Positions 1-7,536 of a stretch of 20,000 nucleotides of DNA are shown here, one piece after another. A program made the position numbers and the translations under genes. The notes under the pieces were generated by a model. The model ran no database searches. It was not told where the DNA came from and worked only from the letters and a program-made list of their open reading frames with translations. The stretch lies in the IMG/VR virus record IMGVR_UViG_3300029319_000024, positions 53,877 through 73,876 of that record; one strand, 5' to 3'. The first letter of the stretch is position 1; each line of letters opens with the position of its first letter. This DNA is from an uncultured virus (IMG/VR IMGVR_UViG_3300029319_000024) (lineage: Duplodnaviria; Heunggongvirae; Uroviricota; Caudoviricetes).

Positions 1-414
1 GCAAGTAATGTTGTTAGTAATGATTTTGATACTAATGCTTCTTGGTCAAGAAGTTCGGATATTAATAAAAAGACTAATATAAAAAATACAGATTTAGGTT
101 TAAATTTTATTAATGAATTAAGACCTGTAACATTTAATTGGAAACCTAATAATGAGTTTCCAAAACATTTTAAAGATTATTCTGAAACAGAAAACCATAT
201 GGACACAGAAAAAAATATGTATGGAATGATTGCACAAGATGTAGAAAAGGCATTAGATAAAGTAGGACATAAAAACTTTGGAGGTTGGTCAGAAGAAGAA
301 GATGGCTCACAAAGACTTTCACAAGAAATGTTTATTTATCCACTTATTAATGCAGTAAAAGAACTTTCTGCACAAGTAGAAGAATTAAAAGCTAAATTAA
401 ACCAAGGAGAATAA
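1..414 (+). CDS. Tail fibre/tailspike C-terminus with intramolecular chaperone (Peptidase_S74) domain; 5' truncated by window edge
   Basis: Frame 1 is open from base 1: ...SRSSDINKKTNIKNTDLGLNFINELRPVTFNWK...YGMIAQDVEKAL...LINAVKELSAQVEELK. SD-x3-K autocleavage motif, LRPVxFxWK, GxIAQ[DE]V and terminal coiled coil are S74 hallmarks. The track's start at 199 is an internal Met. Confidence 0.9.
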   Translation, partial: ASNVVSNDFDTNASWSRSSDINKKTNIKNTDLGLNFINELRPVTFNWKPNNEFPKHFKDYSETENHMDTEKNMYGMIAQDVEKALDKVGHKNFGGWSEEEDGSQRLSQEMFIYPLINAVKELSAQVEELKAKLNQGE

Positions 415-415
415 T

Positions 416-748
416 ATGGCAGTATCAAAAGCGATAGTTGGTTGTACACCTTATGTAAACTCATCTAATAAAGTAGATAAGTGGACTATAGAAATGAAAT
501 ATGAAAACGATAGTGAGGGTGATAGCACTTACTATACTCATACTTTTAACACTACAGTTAAACAACTTGATGATGATGGAAATGCTAACTTTACATTAAA
601 AGCTAAAGGTAGTTGGACTAATGCTAATTTAGTAGCTATATGTCCTGTATCAGAATGGGATGTAGTTTTTGCTAGTCAAGTAGATAGCGTTATTACTAAC
701 CCACCAGCAGTAAGCACACCAGATAATAATTTTAACGTACCTAGTTAA
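416..748 (+). CDS. Hypothetical protein (110 aa), possibly tail-associated
   Basis: AAGGAG RBS at 404-409, directly follows the tail-fibre gene; no recognised motif. Confidence 0.7.
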   Translation: MAVSKAIVGCTPYVNSSNKVDKWTIEMKYENDSEGDSTYYTHTFNTTVKQLDDDGNANFTLKAKGSWTNANLVAICPVSEWDVVFASQVDSVITNPPAVSTPDNNFNVPS

Positions 749-750
749 AT

Positions 751-1458
751 ATGACTAAAGGAGAGTTTTTGATGCATACTATGCCTGCGGTATATGTGTT
801 AGAAACACAAATGCCACAGCAAATGATTGATGATGTTAATGATTATATGGATGAGTATAGAGAAGATAAAAACAAAGAATCATTAGCAAAAACTTTAGTA
901 GGACAAATAGATAAAGGAGAACAATTACTGTTAGACCACAATGATAAAAGAATGGTTGAGTATAATAGTTTTATCTGTCAGCTTGGTGCTGAATATATTA
1001 ATCATTTTAGTAAGTCAGGGAATCGTCTTAAAGGTGATAAACAAGTTCAAATAGACGAAACTTGGTCAGTGCATAGTTATGACGGTGATTACAATCCTAT
1101 ACATGACCACGGCACTAAAACATTAATGGGTATATCTACTACAGCTTGGACTAAAGTACCACCGCAAATAGGTGCTAAAGCTAATGCTAATTCTCCAACT
1201 TATTCATTGTATAATGAAAGTGGACATTCAGACGGCTGTATAGCGTTTCAATACGGACAAGTTTCAGTTATAGACGCAGAAAGATTAAAACCAGCTCAAT
1301 CATTTGTTATGACTCCAGAAGTAGGAAAACTATTAGTGTTCCCTTCTTGGTTACAACACATGGTCTATCCCTTCAAAGGTGAAGGCGAAAGACGAACTAT
1401 CGCATCCAACTTAAATTGTTGGGATGTGCAAACAACTACACCTAAGGAGGTGCAATAA
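751..1458 (+). CDS. Putative 2OG-Fe(II) oxygenase (TIGR02466-like)
   Basis: W...GDYNPIHDH, G-x-LLVFPSWLQHMVYPF and ERRTIASN motifs (metal His residues plus 2OG-binding Arg). Alternative start at 772 behind AGGAG. Confidence 0.85.
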   Translation: MTKGEFLMHTMPAVYVLETQMPQQMIDDVNDYMDEYREDKNKESLAKTLVGQIDKGEQLLLDHNDKRMVEYNSFICQLGAEYINHFSKSGNRLKGDKQVQIDETWSVHSYDGDYNPIHDHGTKTLMGISTTAWTKVPPQIGAKANANSPTYSLYNESGHSDGCIAFQYGQVSVIDAERLKPAQSFVMTPEVGKLLVFPSWLQHMVYPFKGEGERRTIASNLNCWDVQTTTPKEVQ

Positions 1459-1706
1459 TGCAAAAAGAAGAAAACAAAGCTAAAGTCGGTGATAAGGAAA
1501 TATTAGAATCTGAAATGACAGATAAACAAAAATATCTGGCAAATCAAATCACTAATTTAAGAAAGAAAAAAGAACAAATACTTTTTGATTTAGACCAAAT
1601 AGAAGCGGCTTTAACTGTTTTTCAAAATTCATTTATAGCTTCAACTCAAGAAGAAGCTGAAGAAATTCTCAAAGAAGATAAAGATATTCCAGAGGAGGAA
1701 AAATAA
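1458..1706 (+). CDS. Hypothetical acidic coiled-coil protein (82 aa), possible tail assembly chaperone
   Basis: Strong AAGGAGG RBS at 1445-1451 region, TAATG stop/start coupling, heptad pattern. Confidence 0.7.
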   Translation: MQKEENKAKVGDKEILESEMTDKQKYLANQITNLRKKKEQILFDLDQIEAALTVFQNSFIASTQEEAEEILKEDKDIPEEEK

Positions 1707-1707
1707 A

Positions 1708-1869
1708 ATGATGTGGTTAAATATTATTATGTGGATTACTGCTATAATCTCTATAGCTTCAGTAATAGCGGCAATTACACCAACACCTAAAGATAACCAT
1801 TGGTTTAAACCAATTTATAAAGTTATTGACTGGTGTGCTTTAAACATAGGTAAAGCAAAACAAAAATAA
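1708..1869 (+). CDS. Small membrane protein, holin-like (53 aa), not in ORF track
   Basis: MMWLNIIMWITAIISIASVIAAITPTPKDNHWFKPIYKVIDWCALNIGKAKQK; GGAGG RBS upstream, N-terminal hydrophobic helix, TPTPKD motif typical of small phage holin-like proteins, basic C-terminus, TAATG coupling to next gene. Confidence 0.75.
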   Translation: MMWLNIIMWITAIISIASVIAAITPTPKDNHWFKPIYKVIDWCALNIGKAKQK

Positions 1870-2051
1870 TGGCTACGGTAAAAGAAGCTTTAGCAGAACT
1901 TAGTGCACACGAAAGAGAGTGTGCTATTCGCTATGAATATATTGAAAAAAGATTAGACGAAGGTTCTGCTAAATTTAAAAGATTAGAAATGTTATTATGG
2001 GGGGTTTATCCATTTATACTGGGCTCTATAGTTTTCGCTGCTTTTATATAG
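1869..2051 (+). CDS. Small coiled-coil protein with C-terminal TM helix (XhlA/holin-accessory-like)
   Basis: HERECAIRYEYIEKRL coiled coil followed by LLWGVYPFILGSIVFAAFI hydrophobic tail. Confidence 0.65.
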   Translation: MATVKEALAELSAHERECAIRYEYIEKRLDEGSAKFKRLEMLLWGVYPFILGSIVFAAFI

Positions 2052-2060
2052 GAAAAAATA

Positions 2061-3962
2061 ATGCCTTTACAAAAATTTCTTTTTAAACCAGGAATCAATA
2101 AAGAAGCTACCGCTTACGCTAATGAAGGAGGTTGGTTTGATAGTAATTTAGTTCGTTTCCGTAAAGGTCTCCCAGAAAAAATAGGCGGATGGGCTAAAGC
2201 TTCTTCAAACAGTTTTAAATCTTCAGGAAGGTCTTTACACGCTTGGGTTGATTTAGAAGGAACTAAATATTTAGGGTTAGGAACTACTTGGAAAAACTAT
2301 ATATTAGAAGGAAATTCTTATAATGATATAACTCCTTTAAGAAGTACTACTAGTGCAGGCGATGTAACATTTTCTGCAACTAATGGAAGTTCTACTATAA
2401 CAGTAACGGATTCTTCTCATGGTGCTGTTATAAATGATTTTGTAACATTTAGTGGTGCAGCTACTTTAGGTGGTTTAATAACTGCTGCTGTACTAAATCA
2501 AGAATATCAAATAGTTACAGTACCTAACGCTAATACTTATACTATAACGGCTAAAGATACTGATGGTGCTGAAGTAACCGCTAATTCAAGTGATAGTGGT
2601 AACGGTGGTGGGAGTGTCGTCGGTGCTTATCAAATAAACGTAGGTTTAGATGTTTACGTTCCCTCAACAGGGTGGGGCTCTGATTATTGGGGCTCAGGTA
2701 CTTGGGGGAGTGTTGCGGCATTAGAAACAACAAATCAATTACGTTTATGGTCTCAAGATAATTTTGGTGAAGATTTACTTTTTAATGCTAGAGGAGCAGG
2801 AATTTATTATTGGGATACTAGTGCAAAAACATTAGGTACTGATAGAGGTGTTGCTTTATCTGCTATTTCTGGAGCTAATTTAGCACCTACTAAAGCTTTA
2901 CAAGTTTTAGTCAGTGATGTAGACAGACACGTAATTTGTTTAGGAGCAGACCCATTAAATGATGGAGAAACAGCTAGAACAGGTTCAATAGACCCTATGT
3001 TTATTGCATGGTCTGACCAAGAAGATGCAGCAGAATGGGAACCTAAATCGACAAATACGGCAGGGTCTTTTAGACTTTCTGCAGGGTCTTCTATAGTTGG
3101 AGGAGTTAGAGCAAGACAAGAAACATTAATTTGGACAGATACTTCTTTATATTCTATGACTTTTGTAGGACAGCCTTTTACTTTTTCTTTAAACCTAGTT
3201 AACGAAGGAGTTGGATTAGTAGGACCTAATGCTATGGTCAATACTCCTAAAGGTGTTTTTTGGATGGATAAAAAAGGTTTTTATAACTATTCAGGACAAA
3301 TACAACAACTATTATGTACTGTAGATGAATATGTTTTTACAGATTTAAACCAAACACAAAGTTATCAAATATTCGGTTTTGTTAATAAAGCTTTTAATGA
3401 AGTGGGGTGGTTTTATTGTTCAAACGATACTACAGTTATAGATAGATATGTCGTATTTAATTATGAAGAACAAGTATGGTCAATAGGTAAATTATCTAGA
3501 ACATCTTGGATAGACGAAGGTATTTTTAGTGACCCTAAAGCTACTTATTCTAGTTCTAATACAGGGTATTGTTACAACCACGAAACTGGACATGACGCAG
3601 ACGAAACAGCTATGACGGATGTTTATATAGAGTCTAGTGATTTTGACATAGACCCAGCAGGAGAAGATTTTCAACATATTAGTAGGATTATTCCTGATGT
3701 TAAGTTTAACGGAAACGGTAGTGTGGGAACTGGGGGACAACAAGTAGATATAGTATTAAAGAAAAGAGATTTTCCAGGAGAATCTTTAACTACCGTTGTT
3801 ACTGGAGCTTGTTATTCTAATACTTCTAAAATAGATACTCGTCTTAGAGGTCGTCAAGCAGTTATCCGAGTTCAGTCTAATGATGATGATACTGCTAAAT
3901 TAGGTATGGGTTTTAGATTAGGTGCAACTCGTTTGGATATTAAACCTGACGGTAAACGTTAA
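2061..3962 (+). CDS. Virion structural protein, probable tail connector/head-stabilisation (nozzle-like, beta-propeller) protein
   Basis: 633 aa beta-rich protein with FIAWSDQED, LIWTDTSLYSM, VFWMDKKGFYNYSG, FNEVGWFY blades resembling podovirus P22 gp10-like proteins; Ser/Thr-rich inserted beta domain (TITVTDSSHG...NANTYTITA); position among tail genes. Confidence 0.7.
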   Translation: MPLQKFLFKPGINKEATAYANEGGWFDSNLVRFRKGLPEKIGGWAKASSNSFKSSGRSLHAWVDLEGTKYLGLGTTWKNYILEGNSYNDITPLRSTTSAGDVTFSATNGSSTITVTDSSHGAVINDFVTFSGAATLGGLITAAVLNQEYQIVTVPNANTYTITAKDTDGAEVTANSSDSGNGGGSVVGAYQINVGLDVYVPSTGWGSDYWGSGTWGSVAALETTNQLRLWSQDNFGEDLLFNARGAGIYYWDTSAKTLGTDRGVALSAISGANLAPTKALQVLVSDVDRHVICLGADPLNDGETARTGSIDPMFIAWSDQEDAAEWEPKSTNTAGSFRLSAGSSIVGGVRARQETLIWTDTSLYSMTFVGQPFTFSLNLVNEGVGLVGPNAMVNTPKGVFWMDKKGFYNYSGQIQQLLCTVDEYVFTDLNQTQSYQIFGFVNKAFNEVGWFYCSNDTTVIDRYVVFNYEEQVWSIGKLSRTSWIDEGIFSDPKATYSSSNTGYCYNHETGHDADETAMTDVYIESSDFDIDPAGEDFQHISRIIPDVKFNGNGSVGTGGQQVDIVLKKRDFPGESLTTVVTGACYSNTSKIDTRLRGRQAVIRVQSNDDDTAKLGMGFRLGATRLDIKPDGKR

Positions 3963-4288
3963 TGGGTAAGTTATTAGAAACTAAACTTCCCGTAGCGATA
4001 GGAGAAGTATCTTCTGAAACATTTAACCGTTTAGTAAGAGTATTAGAATTAAGTTTAAATACTAAAGATATTAATGCAACCTTAAATGTAAATGAAACAG
4101 AAAGAAATAAAAATAAATTCAACAAAGGAGATATTATTTGGAATCTTTCTACAAACCAACTGCAATTATGGACAGGTGATAAATGGGTAGATATATATTC
4201 AGGGACCGAAAAGGGAGTTCAGGGAACAACGGCACTGGGGAACGTAAGCGTTTCAACTGGTGGAGCAACAACAATAACAATAACGTAG
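3962..4288 (+). CDS. Hypothetical tail-associated protein (108 aa)
   Basis: TAATG-coupled to the upstream structural gene; GDIIWNLSTNQLQLWTGDKWVDI resembles a motif common in phage fibre/tail proteins. Confidence 0.65.
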   Translation: MGKLLETKLPVAIGEVSSETFNRLVRVLELSLNTKDINATLNVNETERNKNKFNKGDIIWNLSTNQLQLWTGDKWVDIYSGTEKGVQGTTALGNVSVSTGGATTITIT

Positions 4289-4299
4289 AGGATATTAAT

Positions 4300-4746
4300 A
4301 TGGATATGCAAAAATTACAAGAAGAATTAACTTTTGATGAAGGCTGTATAGATAAAATATACTTAGACCATTTAGGTTATCCAACTTTTGGTATAGGTCA
4401 TTTAATATTAGAAACAGACCCTGAACACGGACAAGAAGTAGATACTCCTGTTTCTGAAGAAAGAATAACTGAATGTTTTGAAAAAGACATACAAAACGTT
4501 ATAAATGATTTAGATAGAAACATGACATGGTGGAAAGATTTACCAGAAGATTTACAAAGAGTTATGGCGAATATGTGTTTTAATTTAGGTATAACAAGGT
4601 TATTAAAGTTTAAAAAGTTTTTGGCTGCGATGGAAGAACATAACTGGGATAAAGCTGCAGTTGAAATGTTAGATAGTCGTTGGGCTATACAAGTAGGTCC
4701 AAGAGCTATAAGATTAAAAGATAGAGTTTTAAAACAAGGAGAATAA
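4300..4746 (+). CDS. T4-type lysozyme (GH24), endolysin or tail lysozyme
   Basis: DEG-x5-YLDHLGYPTFGIGHL carries the E-x8-D-x5-T catalytic triad; NMCFNLG...FKKFLAA...WDKAAVEMLDSRWAIQVGPRA matches T4 lysozyme C-lobe. Start placed at ATG 4300 behind AGAGGA rather than 4183. Confidence 0.93.
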   Translation: MDMQKLQEELTFDEGCIDKIYLDHLGYPTFGIGHLILETDPEHGQEVDTPVSEERITECFEKDIQNVINDLDRNMTWWKDLPEDLQRVMANMCFNLGITRLLKFKKFLAAMEEHNWDKAAVEMLDSRWAIQVGPRAIRLKDRVLKQGE

Positions 4747-4747
4747 T

Positions 4748-4843
4748 ATGCCAAAAGTAGGAAAGAAAAAATTTTCATACACTAAAAAAGGAAAAGCAGC
4801 AGCTAAAGCCTATAAAAAGAAAATGAAGAAAAAGAAAAAATAG
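4748..4843 (+). CDS. Very basic 31-aa peptide, not in ORF track
   Basis: MPKVGKKKFSYTKKGKAAAKAYKKKMKKKKK; AAGGAG RBS; exactly fills the gap between lysozyme and next gene. Confidence 0.75.
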   Translation: MPKVGKKKFSYTKKGKAAAKAYKKKMKKKKK

Positions 4844-4852
4844 GAGAATAAA

Positions 4853-5041
4853 ATGTCTGCAAAGAAAAAATCAAGTAGTAAGTATCATACGACTAAAGAT
4901 GGCAGACGAGCTAAAAAAGGTTTATGGTATAATATAAATAAAAAGCGTAAAGAAGGCAGAAAAATGCGTAAGAAAGGAGCCAAAGGAGCACCTACAGCAG
5001 CAGCTTTAAAACGTTCTAGAAAAACAAGTAAAAAGAAGTAA
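4853..5041 (+). CDS. Small Lys/Arg-rich protein (62 aa)
   Basis: AGGAG RBS; KKGLWYNINKKRK...MRKKGAKGAPT motif; almost no acidic residues. Confidence 0.75.
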   Translation: MSAKKKSSSKYHTTKDGRRAKKGLWYNINKKRKEGRKMRKKGAKGAPTAAALKRSRKTSKKK

Positions 5042-5307
5042 TGCCTAGAAAAAAGAAAAAGTCTATAAGACGTACTACAAAAGGAAAAGGAGCTAATTAC
5101 CGACCTACTAAAAAAGGTGCAGGCATGACCAAAAAAGGTGTTGCTGCGTATCGTAAGAAAAATCCTGGAAGTAAATTAAAAACAGCTGTCACTGGTAAAG
5201 TTAAAAAAGGAAGTAAAGCTGCAAAAAGAAGAAAGTCTTTTTGTGCTAGGTCTAAGGGTTGGAAGGGTGAAAGAGGTAAAGCAGCTCGTAGAAGGTGGAA
5301 GTGTTAA
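5041..5307 (+). CDS. Small Lys/Arg-rich protein (88 aa), RRKSFCAR/W-x-C family of phage basic proteins
   Basis: GMTKKGVAAYRKKNPGSKLKTAVT...RRKSFCARS...ARRRWKC; TAATG coupling. Confidence 0.75.
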   Translation: MPRKKKKSIRRTTKGKGANYRPTKKGAGMTKKGVAAYRKKNPGSKLKTAVTGKVKKGSKAAKRRKSFCARSKGWKGERGKAARRRWKC

Positions 5308-5688
5308 ATGGCTAAAGCACCAGATTCATTCGTATATAACGCAACACTAGAACGTATAGTTGATGGCGATACATTTGATTGCACTTTAGATTTAGGCTTT
5401 GATGTAAAGTTACATAAACAACGTGTTAGATTAGCAGGTATAGATACTCCTGAAAGTAGAACTAGAGATTTAGCAGAAAAGAAATTAGGACTTGCTGCTA
5501 AAGAAAGACTTAAAGAATTATGTATTGGTAAAATACAAGTCAAATCTTTAGGCAAAGGTAAATATGGTAGAATACTTGGTATTCCGTATACAGAAGACGG
5601 CAGAGATATCTGTGATGTTTTAATAAAAGAAGGTCATGCTGTTGAATATCATGGAGGGAAAAAGGTTAAAGTTTGGGGTGATTATTAA
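5308..5688 (+). CDS. Staphylococcal nuclease-like (SNase/thermonuclease) protein
   Basis: RIVDGDT, RVRLAGIDTPE and KYGRILG motifs; no signal peptide. Confidence 0.9.
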   Translation: MAKAPDSFVYNATLERIVDGDTFDCTLDLGFDVKLHKQRVRLAGIDTPESRTRDLAEKKLGLAAKERLKELCIGKIQVKSLGKGKYGRILGIPYTEDGRDICDVLIKEGHAVEYHGGKKVKVWGDY

Positions 5689-6043
5689 TGGAATCAGCCG
5701 TTACTTTAATTCAAGAAGTTGGATTTCCTATTGCAGCCGCACTTGGTCTTGGTTGGTTTATTNNNNNNNNNNGCTTATCATGCGTATTGTGGATGGCATG
5801 GAGCAAAAACTAGATGTAGTTGATGAAAAAGTAGCTGGTCAAATACAAGCTATTGAAGAAAGATTAGGCACAAAACTTGACTCCCAACACGGAATACTAG
5901 TAGCATTAATTGATAGGGTACGTAGTTTAGATAACGAAATTATAAGACAAGATACTTTAATTAAGACTATTCTTGGCGTACCTAATTTAATAGATAGTAA
6001 TAAAATCGCTAAGGCTGATAGAAATGACCAAAGGATTGATTAA
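5688..6043 (+). CDS. Membrane-anchored coiled-coil protein (YvrJ/BhlA holin-like N-terminus), frame interrupted by an assembly gap
   Basis: ATG 5688 (TAATG-coupled) gives MESAVTLIQEVGFPIAAALGLGWFI up to the Ns; after the gap another frame reads LIMRIVDGMEQKLDVVDEKV...NDQRID. The GFPIA motif plus TM helix joins naturally if the true gap length is not 10. Confidence 0.7.
5763..5772. other. Assembly gap (10 N)
   Basis: Run of n characters in the sequence. Confidence 1.
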
Positions 6044-6225
6044 TGAAAGTTTTTGCTACAAGATTTGAACACGACGGTAATATATACGATGGACCTTTTA
6101 TTTATGCAAGAACTTTAGAAGAAGCAGAAATGGAAGCTATAGTACATGGTGTAAGGATTGTAGGTCAAGTAGAAATAGTTATAAAAGCAGAAGAAGATAT
6201 AGGAGAAGACAGAGTTTTACATTAG
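6043..6225 (+). CDS. Hypothetical protein (60 aa)
   Basis: AAGGA RBS, TAATG coupling; YDGPFIYARTLEEAE; no function recognised. Confidence 0.65.
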   Translation: MKVFATRFEHDGNIYDGPFIYARTLEEAEMEAIVHGVRIVGQVEIVIKAEEDIGEDRVLH

Positions 6226-6233
6226 AGGCTGTT

Positions 6234-6722
6234 ATGAGTAAAAAAGAAGAATTAGAAAAAATATTCATTTATAGACTTGTTGTTGTTATAGGGTTAATTC
6301 TTTTTCTGGGGATATTAGGGATTAATCTTAAAGCCGACACTATAACCCATAAATTTAAAAATCCCAGTTTTAATGGGATAGGTACTTCGTCCCATTATCT
6401 TACGATTGAAAACCAAGAATTTAATCGTAAGATGAGTATAAAAGAAGAAATTAAAGCAATACAAGAACAAATTGAAAGAGATAAAGAAAATACTACATTA
6501 GCTAGATTTATTAGGAATCTTGAGTCACGTATCTATGCACAGTTATCAAGACAGTTGGTAGAAAATTTGTTCGGAGAAACTCCTAGCACTGAAGGAACTT
6601 TAACCTTAGAGGGCAACACTATACAATATAGTATCAAAGACGGAGTTATAAGTTTAATTATTACCGATGCAGATGGAAATGTCACAGAGATACAGTTGCC
6701 TATTGGCGATTTTTCTTTCTAG
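6234..6722 (+). CDS. csgF: Curli assembly protein CsgF-like
   Basis: Signal peptide ending NLKA, then DTITHKFKNPSFNG matching the CsgF mature N-terminus (F-x-NP-x-F-x-G, the CsgG-binding peptide); SRIYAQLSRQLVENLFG helix and beta C-terminus; directly upstream of csgG. Confidence 0.85.
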   Translation: MSKKEELEKIFIYRLVVVIGLILFLGILGINLKADTITHKFKNPSFNGIGTSSHYLTIENQEFNRKMSIKEEIKAIQEQIERDKENTTLARFIRNLESRIYAQLSRQLVENLFGETPSTEGTLTLEGNTIQYSIKDGVISLIITDADGNVTEIQLPIGDFSF

Positions 6723-7536
6723 TTGTAGTTTAGCTCCTGTAGATACTAATTTACAACAAGGTAAAACTTTACCTAGTGTATTACAAATACAATCTGAAGA
6801 ATTATTAAACGCACCACAACCTAAAGTACCTATCGTTGTAGCAGTATACCCTAATAGTTTTACTGACCAAACAGGACAACGTAAAAGCAATAGTGAGTTT
6901 GCTTTATTTAGTACAGCACTAACCCAAGCTCCTAGTCATTTATTAATTAGAAGTTTAAAACATACAGCTAATGGTAAATTTTTTAGAGTTGCCGAAAGAG
7001 TTGGATTAGATAACCTTACAAAAGAAAGACAACTAATTCGTTCTGCTAGAGAACAAAACGAAGCAACAGATGGACCTAAACCCATTATGCCGTTATTATT
7101 TGCAGGTGTTCTTATGGAAGGTGCCGTAATTGGGTATGACACAAATATTAAAAGCGGTGGTATTGGTGCAAGATATTTAGGTATTGGAATGAGTAAACAG
7201 TATCGTATAGACAATATAACAGTTGCTTTACGTATGGTTTCCATAGCTACAGGAGAAGTATTAATTGATGTTTTGGTGAATAAACAAATTTATAGTTATG
7301 GACAATCACAAGATGTTTTTAGGTTTATTGAAGCAGGTACAGAACTTGTAGAAATAGAAACAGGAGATGCAGAAAACGAGCCTACAACGTTAGCATTACA
7401 GAGAGCTATTGAGGCGTCTGTTTTGCAAATCGTCAAAATAGGGTATGATAAAGGTTTTTGGGAGGAAAAAAATGAAGCAATTAAAATTGATGAGCCTGAT
7501 TGCGATGCTGAGTGTATTGACAACATACGCGGCTGA
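6667..7536 (+). CDS. csgG: Curli secretion channel CsgG-like outer-membrane lipoprotein
   Basis: Lipobox LSSC; VAVY...FTDQTGQRK, FSTALTQ, FRVAERVGLDNLTKERQLIR, PLLFAGVLMEGAVIGYDTNIKSGGIGARYLGIG, QYRIDNITVALRMVSIATGEVL, NEP...A...AIE all match CsgG. Start may be 6667, 6673 or 6679. Confidence 0.95.
   Translation: MQMEMSQRYSCLLAIFLSSCSLAPVDTNLQQGKTLPSVLQIQSEELLNAPQPKVPIVVAVYPNSFTDQTGQRKSNSEFALFSTALTQAPSHLLIRSLKHTANGKFFRVAERVGLDNLTKERQLIRSAREQNEATDGPKPIMPLLFAGVLMEGAVIGYDTNIKSGGIGARYLGIGMSKQYRIDNITVALRMVSIATGEVLIDVLVNKQIYSYGQSQDVFRFIEAGTELVEIETGDAENEPTTLALQRAIEASVLQIVKIGYDKGFWEEKNEAIKIDEPDCDAECIDNIRG

Noticed and set aside
4183..4299. N-terminal extension of the lysozyme with poly-Asn
   Set aside because: Overlaps the upstream gene in another frame; RBS and domain start favour ATG 4300.
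403..4750. Identical 16-mer caaggagaataatatg at 403-418 and 4735-4750 (both upstream proteins end QGE)
   Set aside because: Explained by Shine-Dalgarno + stop + start convergence; a similar aggagaataaaatg occurs at 4842-4855. No evidence for a recombination or att site.
5636..6043. 135-aa ORF as given in the track
   Set aside because: Its N-terminus is an artefact of reading through the 10-N gap; the plausible start is ATG 5688 in another frame.
7445..7471. Earlier start for the curlin-like gene
   Set aside because: GGAGG at 7461-7465 points to ATG 7472, which gives a clean signal peptide.
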